Positions 49,907-62,400 of a stretch of 64,000 nt of DNA are shown here, one piece after another. Position 1 is the stretch's first letter. Each line of letters starts with the position of its first letter. The stretch comes from Camelus dromedarius (lineage: Eukaryota), in NCBI RefSeq assembly GCF_036321535.1, contig NC_087454.1:19034001-19098000 (forward strand). The letters run 5' to 3'. The position numbers were made by a program, and so were the translations under genes. The notes under the pieces were generated by a model that saw only the letters and a program-made list of their open reading frames with translations, had not been told where the DNA came from and searched no databases.

Positions 49907-50374
49907 TCACCCGCCAATGCAGTGAGGTGTCAGAAAGAGTATATTGCCCTTTCTGATGCCATAATCTCCCAGGATCTTCCCATCTTCCAATCTTTTTCCA
50001 TTGCAAGTCACAATCTGCTTCTTAGGAATTATAGCGGTCTTCGCCTTAATCATCTCCTTCACCTGGGCCACTGAGCTGGACCTCCGCACCTGGAGGAGGT
50101 GCCTCTGCCCCTCAGCACCTGACTCCACCAAAACCAATGGCAGCTCCTCATCACTGGGCTTCACCACCTTCAGGGTGAGGTGGATTGTCGTCTCCTTGTC
50201 GATACCATAAGATGACAGGGTTCTCTGGGGCTTTAGGGTCTTCGAGCCCAGCTGGAGGACCTGCTCCTGCACGGGAATCTTGGTCTTAGACCGGACATGT
50301 TCATTGATCTTCTTCACTCTGTCTTCCAAGTTGGCACTGAAAGTCATTGAATTCCATTGCTCAGAATGGACCAC
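49907..50374 (-). CDS. UBD: Ubiquitin D / FAT10 coding exon 2 (two ubiquitin-like domains, C-terminal diglycine)
   Basis: Acceptor ctttcattgtccag|GTG; VVHSEQWNSMTF...KINEHVRSKTKIPVQEQVL...KVVKPSDEELPL...VTCNGKRLEDGK...HCIGG*. Confidence 0.96.
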   Translation of the reverse strand: MVHSEQWNSMTFSANLEDRVKKINEHVRSKTKIPVQEQVLQLGSKTLKPQRTLSSYGIDKETTIHLTLKVVKPSDEELPLVLVESGAEGQRHLLQVRRSSSVAQVKEMIKAKTAIIPKKQIVTCNGKRLEDGKILGDYGIRKGNILFLTPHCIGG

Positions 50375-51674
50375 CTGGACAATGAAAGCCAAGAGACAGT
50401 TGCTTAGAATGCCTGTCACCTTTTACACCCTTTGTTCCCCCTCCTTAATTGCTCCCATCCTTCACTGCCTATCTGGTCCTCCAGATCCTTTACAACAAGC
50501 TGTGTCCCTCTCTTTTTTGAAACGTCTCTTTTGAAATTTCCAGGTTATAATGCAAGAAAACCAGTCTTATTCCTTTGTAACCATACCTCTTATCCATCCC
50601 AAAATGTTATTAATAATTTCCCACCTTATTTACCTGTCTCCTCAGCAGATAAAGTTTGTCAAATGTCAAAAACTAAATACAACTACAAAGCATCCAAAGA
50701 TGTACACCAGATTCGAAAAACAACTCTCCAAGACTTGATAGACTAGTGAAATACCCACAGGGCTGTCCTCCATGACTGCTTTAGAAGGAAACTCTGTTTA
50801 GGACACATATTCTCTGTACTGTTAATTTCTTTTTTAATATCTGATTGCTTTATAATAGGAACTAATGCATTATAGTGATGCTATGTTCAATATCACCTGT
50901 TCATCTATATTTCCTATGTTTTTATATCTACCTGTTAAAGAATATGATCTCCTCCTTTAATCAGGTCAGGGCCCTATTCACAGAAAGTAGGGACTACATC
51001 TAAGTCTTCCTTCAATATTCTGAAAACGGGGAAGCTAACTCCTGTGCTGTCATTTGAAAGCCTCAGAGGACCTCTTTCAGGCTTCATTCAAAAATATCTT
51101 CCCAATCTATATGCCACCAACATTTCTTCACTGGATGGTCACTTCTCTTTGCTAAGCCTTGCCCTCATTCCACGTTCTCTCTGCAGAGCATATATTCTTA
51201 CATAAGGTAATGTAACAGGTCATTAACAATTTAGGATAAATGATTTTTATGAACCTCTCTTCGGGGAAGAGAAGGAAGCTTAAGTTTGAGAGCCCTGGAC
51301 CGCTAGACAGGATAAGAGGGAAAGAGATCAGGACAATAGTATCATAGTTTCAAATCTCACCATCCTGCTAAGCACAGAGTCCACTCCCACTTCCTATCAT
51401 TTGTCCCTAACAGTGGTCAGTCCAAGATCTCACACAAAAGAGAAATCAGGAACGAAACGACCTGAAATCAGGAACCAAATGACCTGGTTCTCTTCACAGA
51501 AACTTTCTTCACATTCAGTAGCTATCTATCTATGCTTATGTCTCATCCCCTTTGAGATGCCCTCCCAGCCACCCTACCTTCTTGAGCACTGTCCTTCACC
51601 CCTTCCTGACATCTCTCCCCATACCTTGGAAGCCCATTCCCTTCCTCCACCCCCCATTATCAGTCCCAACTCAC

Positions 51675-51692
51675 ACAGAGGCAGGAAGCCAT
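51675..51692 (-). CDS. UBD: UBD coding exon 1 (MASCLC)
   Basis: Minus strand ATGGCTTCCTGCCTCTGT|gtgagt, phase 0. The spliced product is 161 aa and parallels human MAPNASCLC|VHVRSEEW. Confidence 0.92.
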
Positions 51693-51744
51693 TTCTGCGA
51701 ACAAAGGAGCAGAATCAGGAGACAGAAAGGGATCTCAAATGCAG

Positions 51745-51846
51745 TTTATATAAGGAGCTAAACTGGAAATCCCCACCCTGCTGACTATGTTAAGATTTCC
51801 TGTGCCCTTTGTTCTTATAAAAGCTGGTGAATTTTCTTTCACTTTT
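51745..51846 (-). promoter_or_regulatory. UBD core promoter: TATA, NF-kB and IRF-type elements
   Basis: Minus strand TATATAAA (51745-51752), GGGGATTTCC (51765-51774) and AAAAGTGAAAGAAAA (51832-51846). This fits the known TNF and IFN-gamma inducibility of FAT10. Confidence 0.8.
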
Positions 51847-54419
51847 GCTATTGTGTTGTCAAAAACAAAAATATCTTCTGATCAAGCACTTCTCCCCTCA
51901 GCCAATCCATTTGTCCTCCTTTTTTCTAATATGGGATGTTTCGTCTCTGTTGAAAAATTTCCTGTGATTAACAAACCACCACTCCCAGTCCTGACATGAC
52001 TTTGCAGACTGTAGTCCTGAACCCTCACTGACCTGAAGACCTTTAACACTTTGTGGTCCTCCCCTGCTGCTTTTAAGAGCTGTCCATTAGTCAGGGACCT
52101 TCCTGAGAGCAAGGACGCCCAGGAAAGGACAGTGAGAGTTGGGGTGGAGTGATGTGACCAGGAGCAGCCTGTGCACACTCGCCTGGTAGAATGTGTGAAG
52201 CAGGCCTTGAGAAAACATAGGATAAATAACCCTGGACTGAGAAGAGACATGAGTTCCAGCCCCAGGGATGCCACTTGCTAAATTAACTTGAGCAAGTCTG
52301 TTCACCTCATGAAATGTTGATCACCTCATAAAATGATGATTGAAGAAAATTCCTAAGTGTCTTCTAGGCCCAGAAAACTTTGTTTTTAAAATGTCCTTGA
52401 CAAAGAACTTTAGATTCCTGGGTCTTGAGCTTTCTAACACTCTTCCTATCCTGTATGAGGACCTGCAAAGTAAATCCACTACTTGAGAACAATCCAGTGC
52501 CGACAATCAACCACTGACTTCTGGGCATCAAAACAATCACACAACCACTTTCACACCAGAGTCCCTCTATTTCCTTACCTTTACTCCTGGAGACTCACTG
52601 CTGTGATCGCAGAGATGCCCAAGGTGCTGTGTACTCCCTGGCTTTTGAGATTTGAATTGGAACAAAAAAAGAGGACATAAGCTGTGTGTGCTCAGGGAAT
52701 TGACTTGATTACTCTGATCTCCTAGCATTCCAAATTAATCGCTGCCCTCTCCCAAAGTCTCAGGACACTGCCATAAAACCCATTTTTAAAAAAGTATTTA
52801 TTAAAAGTGCTCCAAATGTTTTCAAAGTAATAAGTCTGTAAAAATACAAGCTCGTCATCTCTGTTTGCTGTGCTTTCGGTGGCCGTTTACTGTACCTTCG
52901 CTCACTGATAAATTTCACACGATCACTTTTTACTTCAGAGGTTTCCACCCTGGAGAACTAGGTTTTATAGAAGTGCTTCCTTAGAGTAACAGGATCCAAG
53001 AGCTCATTCCAATATTTCAACAAGCTTAACATAAATCACATTCTCCTATTTGAAGCTCTCATTAGACAGTTAATAAAATTGGAAAACTAATTATTATTTA
53101 AACATAGTTCTTGAGGTAGACATACTTTTTTTTTTTAAACACATAGAATGAGTATGAAGGGGGATGAATGCCTGATAGAATCGACTGGAAACTTTGACCC
53201 TGCTCTTCTCCCTTCAGATATATCTCCAGGTTCCAATTGTCCCTGCGTTTTGAATAAAAGATTGTGACCTTTGGCCGCTGCACAGCAGAAAAGGGCTGTG
53301 TCCACTGTCCAATAGGATTTGGAGACTCTGAAACATCACCAGTGGCCAGGCAGAAAATGTCAGATCAGGTTGAGAGTGATATGGAAAGAGAAAGCCCTGC
53401 AGAAGGGCGCGGTCGGGGGTGGGTCTGGAACAAGAAAGAAAAAGCTGAACAACACAGACTTGAGTAAACTGCTTTCAGCTTTCAAGTTGTATTTGCACAC
53501 ATCAGTTTCTTAGATCTCCACATTATTTCTGGAAAGAGAAGAGGGACAGTAGATGGTTAAAGCTGCTTAAAATTAAATCACCTTTTCTCTGTTTACCCCT
53601 CTGGCCTCCGTATCCTACACCATCTTGATGCCAATGTCTGCATTCTCAGGGGAGCCCGAGGAATGACACTTCCCAGGGATGATATTTTTCTGCTGATACC
53701 TCTCAGATCTATACCCACAGCCGGGCCCCGAGCTGCAGACCTGTATGTCTAGCTGCTTTTATGTGTGGTTCCCTAAACTCCCTGCTTGTCCTTGAACATG
53801 CCAAACTCTCTGCCACCAGGTCACTGATCATGCCTTTCCATCCCACTCTACCCCCCAACACCATGGATTTGTAAGAATATACAACACAAGTGACGTCTCC
53901 CCCGGGAAGACTTCCCTAACTCTCTTCCTTCCTATTCTGGGTTATTTGCCCATCTTCTGTCCTTTTATACTCCCTCAGCAAGCCTCTCAGAGCATGTGTC
54001 TCCAACAATAAGGTCATCTGCTTACTTGTCCTTCACCCCCAGTAAACAGTAGGAATCTTGAGAGTCATGGCTGTGTCTTAACTTGTATCTTCAGCACTTC
54101 CCAGGCATGCTGTCTGGCACAGCACATCCTTACTAAATGTTTACCAAATGCATGAGTGAATCAATAAATCAATGAATAAGTAAGTGAATAAAAATAGGAA
54201 AATAACATGTGGTGAGCGCTTACTATATTTGAGGAACCGCACAAGGTATTATTAAATGGTACCCCATTAAGTATTTTAGCATTCTAATGCGGTAAGGTCG
54301 GTATCCTAATTCATAAACAAGAGACCAGCTCATCCATAATCATATTAGTAGTAGCTGGTAAGCAAGGGTTCAAATGCAAACCTCTGTTTCTACACTCCTT
54401 GTCTTCTTATATTGTGCTT

Positions 54420-55050
54420 CAGTGGAATGAAAATCGAGGTGGGGGTGGCACAAGAGCATGCTTTTTTATTACAGGAAAGGTACAAGTTGGAGGGAGAAAG
54501 AGAGAAAGGGAAGCAGAGGAGCCTCAGAATGAGTGAGTGAGAGCAAGCAGAGCTTGGGGATCTACGTGCAGGCAGGAGCATCCTTGGGTAGCACGCCCAG
54601 CCTGATGCTTCCCCACTTGGCTCACATGCAGGAGTCAGAGTCTGGAGGCCATCTGCCTAGTGCAAAGGTGGAGGAGAACTGCCCTCCCGGGCCTGTGGGT
54701 GTTGAAAGACAACACGGTGAGGCAATCCACGTGGCAGTAAACAGAGGAGCTGGGGCTTTCCAGCCTAGAATTACTAGAGGGCGAGCCTGGGATTTTCTCA
54801 GGGAAAACTAGTCCACGGGATTCTCTCCCCATAGAGGATCTGGATTCTGAGAAACAGTGTCATTTCAAGGAACGAGGATAACAAATTTAGACTCTGTTCT
54901 CTGTCTCTCTCTTCCCTCCTCCCTTCCTGTGTGAAATTCCCTCCTGGCCTAAGGCCAAGGCGAGGGCTGTCCCAAACACCCCATGCCTGTTTGCTGACAT
55001 CAGGTAAAATTTCTTCTTGGAAACTGACCTCTTCCTTGCTTCTTACCACA
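54420..55050 (-). mobile_element. Probable ancient ERVL-type LTR
   Basis: The minus strand begins TGTGGTAAG, contains AATAAA near its 3' end and ends ...TTCCA. No TSD recognised. Confidence 0.4.
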
Positions 55051-55569
55051 GTGTCCATCTGACTTACTTTTTTCCTCTGTGTCACAACAAACTTTTTTAG
55101 AGGCAAAAAGATTTCATTGCATTTGCCCCTATGACAAATTCAGAAAACCAGCCAAGGTCAGAGATCATGCTGTGGAGATTTTGGCGGGTTATAAGACAGC
55201 TGCCTCAGATATCCACAACCTCCCAGCTAACTGGGTGCGCTAGGGCAAGTCACTGCCCCCACTGAGACCTCCCTGGGGCAGAAGCCTCGTCCCCATGAAA
55301 GAGTTTGTAAAACTGCTTTGAGATCAGGAGTATTGCTTCAGAAATGCCCATCAAATGCAATGAAATAGCCAGTATGAATTCCAATTTATTGATGGTTGGG
55401 ATAAAAGTCTGTCCACTCTCAAAGAAGGACAATTTGGAAATACCTGTCAAAGTCAAACATGGACATGACAAACTAAAACAGCCCAAACGCCTTTTAGTAC
55501 TAGGGAAATAGATAACTGAACTGTAGAATACCATAGCAATAAAAATGGATGGATGATACCTGAAAGCAA

Positions 55570-56170
55570 CAATAGTATTTTTCTTTCTCTTCCTGACTTA
55601 CTTCACTTACTCCATGTCCATCCATATTGCTGCAAATGGTATTATTTTGTTCTTTTTTATAGCTGAGTAGTATTCCATTATATGTATGGAATAATATAGA
55701 TATATATACACCACATCTTCTTTATCCAGTCATCTGTTGGACATTTGGGTTGTTTCCATGTCTTGGCTATTGTAAATAGTGCTGCTGTGAACATTGGGAT
55801 GCATGGCTCTTTTTGAATGATATCTTCCTCTGGATATATGCCCCGGAGTGTGATTGCTGGATCATATGATAAGTTTATTCTTAGTTTTTTTTTAGGAATC
55901 TCCATAGAAAGGACACAAATGAACTTAACTACAAAACAGACATAGAGAATAATCTTATGGTTACCAAAGGGTAAAGGAGGTGGGAATGGATAAATTGGGA
56001 GTTCAAAATTTGCACCTCTTGGGGAGTGATGGAAATGTTAGCTATTTTGATTGTGATGGTGGTTTCATTGGTGTATACATCTATCAAAATTTATCAAATT
56101 GTACATCTGAAATATATGTTGTTTATTGTATAGGAATCATACCAAAATAAAGGTGTTAAAAATTAAAAAA
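55570..56170. mobile_element. L1 3' fragments in mixed orientation
   Basis: LRINLSYDPAITLRGIYPE...KTWKQPKCP on minus; L1 3' UTR pieces on plus. Confidence 0.75.
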
Positions 56171-58158
56171 TCAATAACCTCCCCCAAAAAACCTCAGTGA
56201 ACTGTACATTAAAATCTGTGCACTCCATTATCTAAATTATACCTCTATTTAAAATGAGAAAGGAAATAAACCAAAGTAAGGGAGTACTGAATAAGCACAT
56301 TAGAGGCTTGAGAGGGAAGACTTGACATAGGGCTTNNNNNNNNNNNNNNNNNNNNNNNNNNNNNNNNNNNNNNNNNNNNNNNNNNNNNNNNNNNNNNNNN
56401 NNNNNNNNNNNNNNNNNNNNNNNNNNNNNNNNNNNNNNNNNNNNNNNNNNNNNNNNNNNNNNNNNNNNNNNNNNNNNNNNNNNNNNNNNNNNNNNNNNNN
56501 NNNNNNNNNNNNNNNNNNNNNNNNNNNNNNNNNNNNNNNNNNNNNNNNNNNNNNNNNNNNNNNNNNNNNNNNNNNNNNNNNNNNNNNNNNNNNNNNNNNN
56601 NNNNNNNNNNNNNNNNNNNNNNNNNNNNNNNNNNNNNNNNNNNNNNGAGACGGTAGCAAGAAGAAAACAATGTCCTTGTACTCCCCAATGACACAGAGAA
56701 GCAGAGGGTGAGCTTTTTATTTACCAAAGAGAGCACTATTTTGGCGAGTTTTCTCTAGATCCCAGCCCTTCTTAGCCATCGTTAGTGGCAATGGCTAATT
56801 AATTGTGAGTTGTGAGCCCCCTTGTCTTGGCAGAAATAATGAGCTGTTTCTCTCCACTGGATGAGATTCCCAGGATCACTCTATCACTGACTCTGCTTCC
56901 CTTTCTACATCCAAGACCACTGAAAGAGAAATTAATTTCCCAGACTGAGGAGGAGTGTTTACTATCCAAAAGCTCCTCAGTAAAGAGCTAGCTCTGGCCT
57001 CACATGTTCAGCAAAGTAATGGTGGGATGTGGTTATTATATGACCTCTTCAGACAGCCCACCTGGGTTCAAGTTTCAATACAGGTGCTTACTAGCTATGC
57101 TTTCCAGAACAAGTGATTCATCTTCTGTTCTCATTTCTTTGTCTGAAAAGGAAGATAATAATTGCACCTATCTCTTGAAATTGTTATAAGAACTATATAC
57201 TGTGAAGTGCTTTGAAAAGGGGCTGGGGAAGTAAGCACTAGCAATCATTACCCTTCCCTGAAATCTAAGCTCTAATCAGTTTCAAGGGTATAATATTTCC
57301 CATAGCCTGCTTTTCTTTCTGTGTGGTGATCAAGTGGCAGCTCCAACCAGCCCAAACGCTCCGTATCTGTATCATGGGAAAGCTCTGGCAGGAAGGCGAT
57401 GAGGAGATTCTGACTTGACAGTAGGTAAGTTACACATTAATCCTTCTCCTACAGCCTGTCAGTTTCCATATATCTTCACTAGTGTTTGGAATCAAACAGG
57501 GTCTAGAATCCTGGCCCTGACACAAGTTACTTGAACACATTACTTAACCTCTCTGAGACTGTTTCTTCTATAAAACAAGGATAATATTAACAATTTTTTT
57601 CGTGGTTTTTCTGAGATCCATATATTTGGGAATTTTTTTAACGTAGTGTCTGGTACTTAGGAAACACTCAGGAGATGGTTACAACTAAAATAATATGAGA
57701 TTGTCATTACTGGATTGTGGAGCAGAATTTGAATCTCATAACCCTGTAGCTCTTAGTAAATGACTGGCTCTTCGGTGACCAATGAAGGAATAAATGCTTC
57801 ATGAATATAGAACTAATGGGAACTGGGAAGAAGCGCTTGCCTTTCTCAGTGTAAGAGAAAAGAAGAACCTAGAGAAAGAGGGTGAGGAATAGACATGTTC
57901 AGAGAGACAGACAACAAAAAAGAAGAGAGAGTCAAAGGAAAGTATAACCTGAAGAGATTCAGAGATAACGTAGAGTGAGACAATACATTGCCAAGAGAAT
58001 AAGAATGTGAGAAATCCTACACTTGATGGATGAATAAAACTTGGTGGTTAATTGTTGAGATACAAAAGATATGACAACTACCAAGTTCAAAAGGAATGAT
58101 GGAAAAAAAATACAAAACCAAAAAAACAAAAGGAATGATGAATTTAAAATAACCAGAA

Positions 58159-58388
58159 TAACAAGGTCCTACTGTATAGCACAGGGAACTATATTCAATA
58201 TCTTGTAATAGCCTATAATGAAAAAGAGTATGAAAAGAAATATATATATGTATAACTGAATCACTATACTGTACACCAGAAATTAACACAACATTGTAAA
58301 CCGACTATACTACAATTTAAAAAATTTTAAATAAAAAAAGAAACTACTAAACAGATAACATAAAAAAATAAATAAGATAAAACAAAAT
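58159..58388 (+). mobile_element. Short L1 3' end insertion with 13-bp TSD
   Basis: taacaaggtcctactgtatagcacagggaac...A-rich tail; AAAATAACCAGAA at 58146-58158 and 58389-58401. Confidence 0.8.
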
Positions 58389-60415
58389 AAAATAACCAGA
58401 ACAGTGTTTTCTTCTCTGAGAGTAAAGGAGATGTGAGCAGGGAGGGACACACATAAAGCTCTAAAATATGGGTATCATTTGTTCTGTTCTTAAATTGGGG
58501 TCGAAGGGAGCAGGTGTACCACGTGTTTATTTTATTATTCTGTAAAATCCATGACATATTTTATATACTCTTCATTATTCAAATAATTCACAGTTCTTTT
58601 AAGGGAAATAAATCTTATCCTCAAGAGGAAAGAAATATACAGGAAGGAATATAGAAGACCAAAAAGGAGTCCTATTAAAAAGGGAATGAGATACAGTTTT
58701 TAACACAAAATGGAGACTTTATGATGAAGAGATGTTTATGCCATCCCATAAACTCCCAGGTCCTTTCTGCCAACAAGGCTACCAGCTTGTTTGCCTCCAC
58801 ATCACCTAAATGGCTTCCTAAGAAAGCCATTTCCGTTCTGGTTTTCTCAGAAAACCAGTTCCTTTCTCTTAAGTGCCTGAGTGGCTGCCACACTTCACAC
58901 CCATCTTTGAGCTCACCACGCGTCCCCACACAAACAATCTGCAGGGGGTTTCCTTGACTGACCCCTCCCAGATTCCTCCTTTCAGTGCAGACTTCCTTCT
59001 CTCACACACCTATTATTTTTGCTTTATTTGCTTCCAGTTTTGGTGGGGGAAGGGTCTTGACAGTTTTCCACACCTTCCCCAGCATTGAACTTGTGAACTT
59101 CCTCCATCCTCACAGCTTCTCCTGGTGAGGACTGAATCCATCACCCTATACTTTAAAGTTTGTTTGTTCATTGGCTAAGAAAAGGCTTCTCTAGAGTCCA
59201 TATTTCTACACTGGATATTTTATGGGAAGAATTACTATAAAGAACAATTATTAGCAAATTATGAGTATAAACTATTGATTAATAATAATATTTTATCAAT
59301 TTTGGATTTCATGTATTTAGCAACTGTTCTGTGTTTACATAAAGAATTTCCTTTTGCTTAGAAAATACATGCTAAAATACAAAGGAGTGAAGGAGCATAT
59401 ATAATCCAGTAGCTCAGAATAAATATAAAAAGAAAAGATAGAACAATAAAAAGTGGCAAATATTAACAATTTATTGATATAGATAAAGAATACCCAAAAG
59501 TTTTTTGGACAGAAATTGTCTGTAAGTATGATATTTGTATATAAAAAGTTATTTAAATCTCAAATAGTGAACAGAATTAAGGAAGGAGTAAACAAATTCT
59601 TGTTTAATTCTTGAAAGGGAAAAGGCTTTTTTAAATCTTTCTTATTTCTAAGGCCAATACATACAGACTTTGCAGTTATAAAACAAGACAACTGGCAGCC
59701 TTTTTGTTCTTATTTTGCCACATTGCACATAAGGTTAAGTTGAAGTTAGTGCTTTTTATTTGTAAAGAATACTCTTGTGCTTAGTTTAAATAAATTACAT
59801 TTTTTTTAATGGGACAGGATCATCTAGTTAATATCTCTGTGGTGGGGTGACTTAACACAGGAGAAACTCCTTAATTCATACATACTGACTCCGGTGGCTC
59901 TCCTACAAATGAGGGTAAAGTAGATAAAACACAATTGATTCTAGAAAATTTATGCTCCAGAGTAGAAAATTACCCTGCATAAATACTCTTGAAAGAGACA
60001 TTCAATCAAAAGGATTCCTTTGCTAATTCTTTCTGGATACATAAGGGAATACTGAGAACTAGCACAGTATTCAGAACAAAACAGGTCCTCAACAACTGAT
60101 TATTGAATTAATGGAAACTAATTAATTAATCCATATTTCACATCAGTTTTCTTTACCTTCACTCAGTAAGTCTGGATACCAGTGTGAGGCTCCATCTGTT
60201 TCTGCACATTCATGGTTTCCTGACTCCCCCTGGACAACACCTGACCTAGAGGAACAGGGGAAGAGAAGGGGCTGCTGGATGCTGATGTGCCTGGAGATGC
60301 TGGGTTAGAGGAACAGGAACAGACACATCCACTTGGTATGACCTGACTAGTACCGAGGGTGAGTTGTTATAATACACTCTGGACACACTGTTCTGACACC
60401 TCATCCCTCTAGGTC

Positions 60416-61354
60416 ATGGTCAACCACAGCTCCCCAGCGGACTTCCTCCTTCTGGGCTTCTCTGAATACCCAGGACTTGAAAGAATCCTCTTCGTGCTCG
60501 TCTTAGCTTCCTACCTCATGACTCTGGTGGGCAACACACTTATCATCCTGTTGTNNNNNNNNNNNNNNNNNNNNNNNNNNNNNNNNNNNNNNNNNNNNNN
60601 NNNNNNNNNNNNNNNNNNNNNNNNNNNNNNNNNNNNNNNNNNNNNNNNNNNNNNNNNNNNNNNNNNNNNNNNNNNNNNNNNNNNNNNCTTCCTAGGCTGC
60701 TCAGTCCAGCTCTTCATCTTCCTGTTCCTGGGGACCACAGAATGTGTCCTCTTGACAGTGATGGCCTTTGACCGCTATGTGGCTGTCTGCCAGCCCCTCC
60801 ACTACACCACCGTCATCCACCCTCGCCTCTGCCGGCAGCTGGCGGCCATGGCCTGGGTCATTGGGCTGGTGGAGTCTGTGGTCCAGACACCACCCACCCT
60901 CCGCCTGCCTTTCTGCTCCCACCGGCAGGTGGATGATTTTGTGTGTGAGGTCCCAGCTCTAATTCGACTTTCCTGTGGGGACACCAGCTACAATGAGATC
61001 CAGATGGCTGTCGCCAGTGTCTTCATCTTGGTCGTGCCCCTCAGCCTCATCTTGATTTCCTATGGAGCCATTGCTAGGGCAGTGCTGAGGATTAACTCTG
61101 CCACAGCGTGGAGGAAGGCTTTGGGGACCTGCTCNNNNNNNNNNNNNNNNNNNNNNNNNNNNNNNNNNNNNNNNNNNNNNNNNNNNNNNNNNNNNNNNNN
61201 NNNNNNNNNNNNNNNNNNNNNNNNNNNNNNNNNNNNNNNNNNNNNNNNNNNNNNNNNNNNNNNNNNNNNNNNNNNNNNNNNNNNNNNNNNNNNNNNNNNA
61301 AAGAGGGCATTCAGGAGGTTGCTGGGGAAGGACGTGGATTCCAGGGAGAGCTGA
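60416..61354 (+). CDS. OR2H2: Olfactory receptor 2H subfamily, 312 aa; two segments hidden by Ns
   Basis: MVNHSSP..FLLLGFSE...FLGCSVQLFIFL.LGTTEC...VIGLVESVVQTP...QVDDFVCEVPALIRLSCGDTSYNEIQ. Acceptor ccctctag|gtc precedes the ATG. It sits on the far side of UBD like human OR2H2, though some motifs resemble OR2H1. Confidence 0.8.
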   Translation: MVNHSSPADFLLLGFSEYPGLERILFVLVLASYLMTLVGNTLIILLXXXXXXXXXXXXXXXXXXXXXXXXXXXXXXXXXXXXXXXXXXXXXFLGCSVQLFIFLFLGTTECVLLTVMAFDRYVAVCQPLHYTTVIHPRLCRQLAAMAWVIGLVESVVQTPPTLRLPFCSHRQVDDFVCEVPALIRLSCGDTSYNEIQMAVASVFILVVPLSLILISYGAIARAVLRINSATAWRKALGTCXXXXXXXXXXXXXXXXXXXXXXXXXXXXXXXXXXXXXXXXXXXXXXXXXXXXXXXXKRAFRRLLGKDVDSRES

Positions 61355-61384
61355 GGGAGAGCTGCCTGATGTGCTTTCTGAATT

Positions 61385-62400
61385 ATGAAGCACTTCTTCA
61401 AAATATAAAAGTTTTATACCTCAAAGGACACAATCAAGAAAGTGAATAAACAACACACAGAATGGGAGATAATATATACAAATCAATATTTGATAAGGGT
61501 CTTGTATCTAAAACATATAGAGAACTCTTACAACTCGATAATAAAAAGACAACCCAATTTTTTTAATGGGCAATAAGCATGTGAAAAAATATTTGATATG
61601 ATTTATCATCAATGAAGTGAAAATCATAACTACAATAAGATGCCATCACACACACTAATTAAAAAAAAAAGAAGGGAGGAAAAAAGAAAGGGAGAGAAAG
61701 AAAGTGCTAGAATGATGTGGAGAATGTAAAATGAGGCAGGGGCTTGGAAAGCAGTCTGGCAGTTCCTCAAAAGTTTAAACATAAGTTTACCATATGATCT
61801 ACCAATTCTACTCCTAGCTTTATACCCAAGAGAATTAAGGATAATTGTTCATACAAACACTTGCACATGAATGTTCATACCAGCACTGTTCATAATAGCC
61901 AAACAGTAGAAACAACCCAAAAGTTCATCAACCAATGAATGGATATACAAAATGTGTAGTAGCCATACAATGGAATATTATTCAGCCATAAAAAGGAATA
62001 AACTACTGATCCACATTACAACATGGATGAATCCTGAAAACATTATGCTATATGGAGAAAGCCAAACACCAAAGGTCATGTATTGTATTATTCCATTTAC
62101 ATGAAATGACCAGAATAGGCAAATTCATAGAGACAGAAAGTAGATCAATGGTTGCCAGTACTGAGGAAAAAGGGAGTGACCACTGTGAGGTTTTTCTTTG
62201 GGCAAATAAGAATATTCCAGATTTATATAGGGTTGTTGATTGCACAGCTTTGTAAATATACACAAATCCAATACATTGTATGCTTTAAATGGGTGATATT
62301 TATAGCATGCAAAATAAAAAAGTCCTAGAGATCTGGTGCACACCATTATGAATATAGTTATCACCACTGAATTATATACTTAAAAATGGTTAAGATGGAG
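61385..62400 (+). mobile_element. Old L1 ORF2 end / 3' UTR fragments
   Basis: gaatgggagataatat...taccatatgatctaccaattctactcctag...gatgacatgaaatgaccagaataggcaaattcatagagacagaaagtag. Confidence 0.75.

Noticed and set aside
49907-50419. UBD as a single-exon 170-aa ORF
   Set aside because: The first 15 codons are intron (pyrimidine tract + AG); the true start is on exon 1 at 51692.
51693-51701. TTCTGCGAA as a GAS site next to the UBD start codon
   Set aside because: Weak core, located in the 5' UTR, and not matching the human sequence as I recall it; likely chance.
56245-56736. ORFs spanning the N-run
   Set aside because: They are open only because Ns hide stop codons; the visible flanks show no protein similarity.
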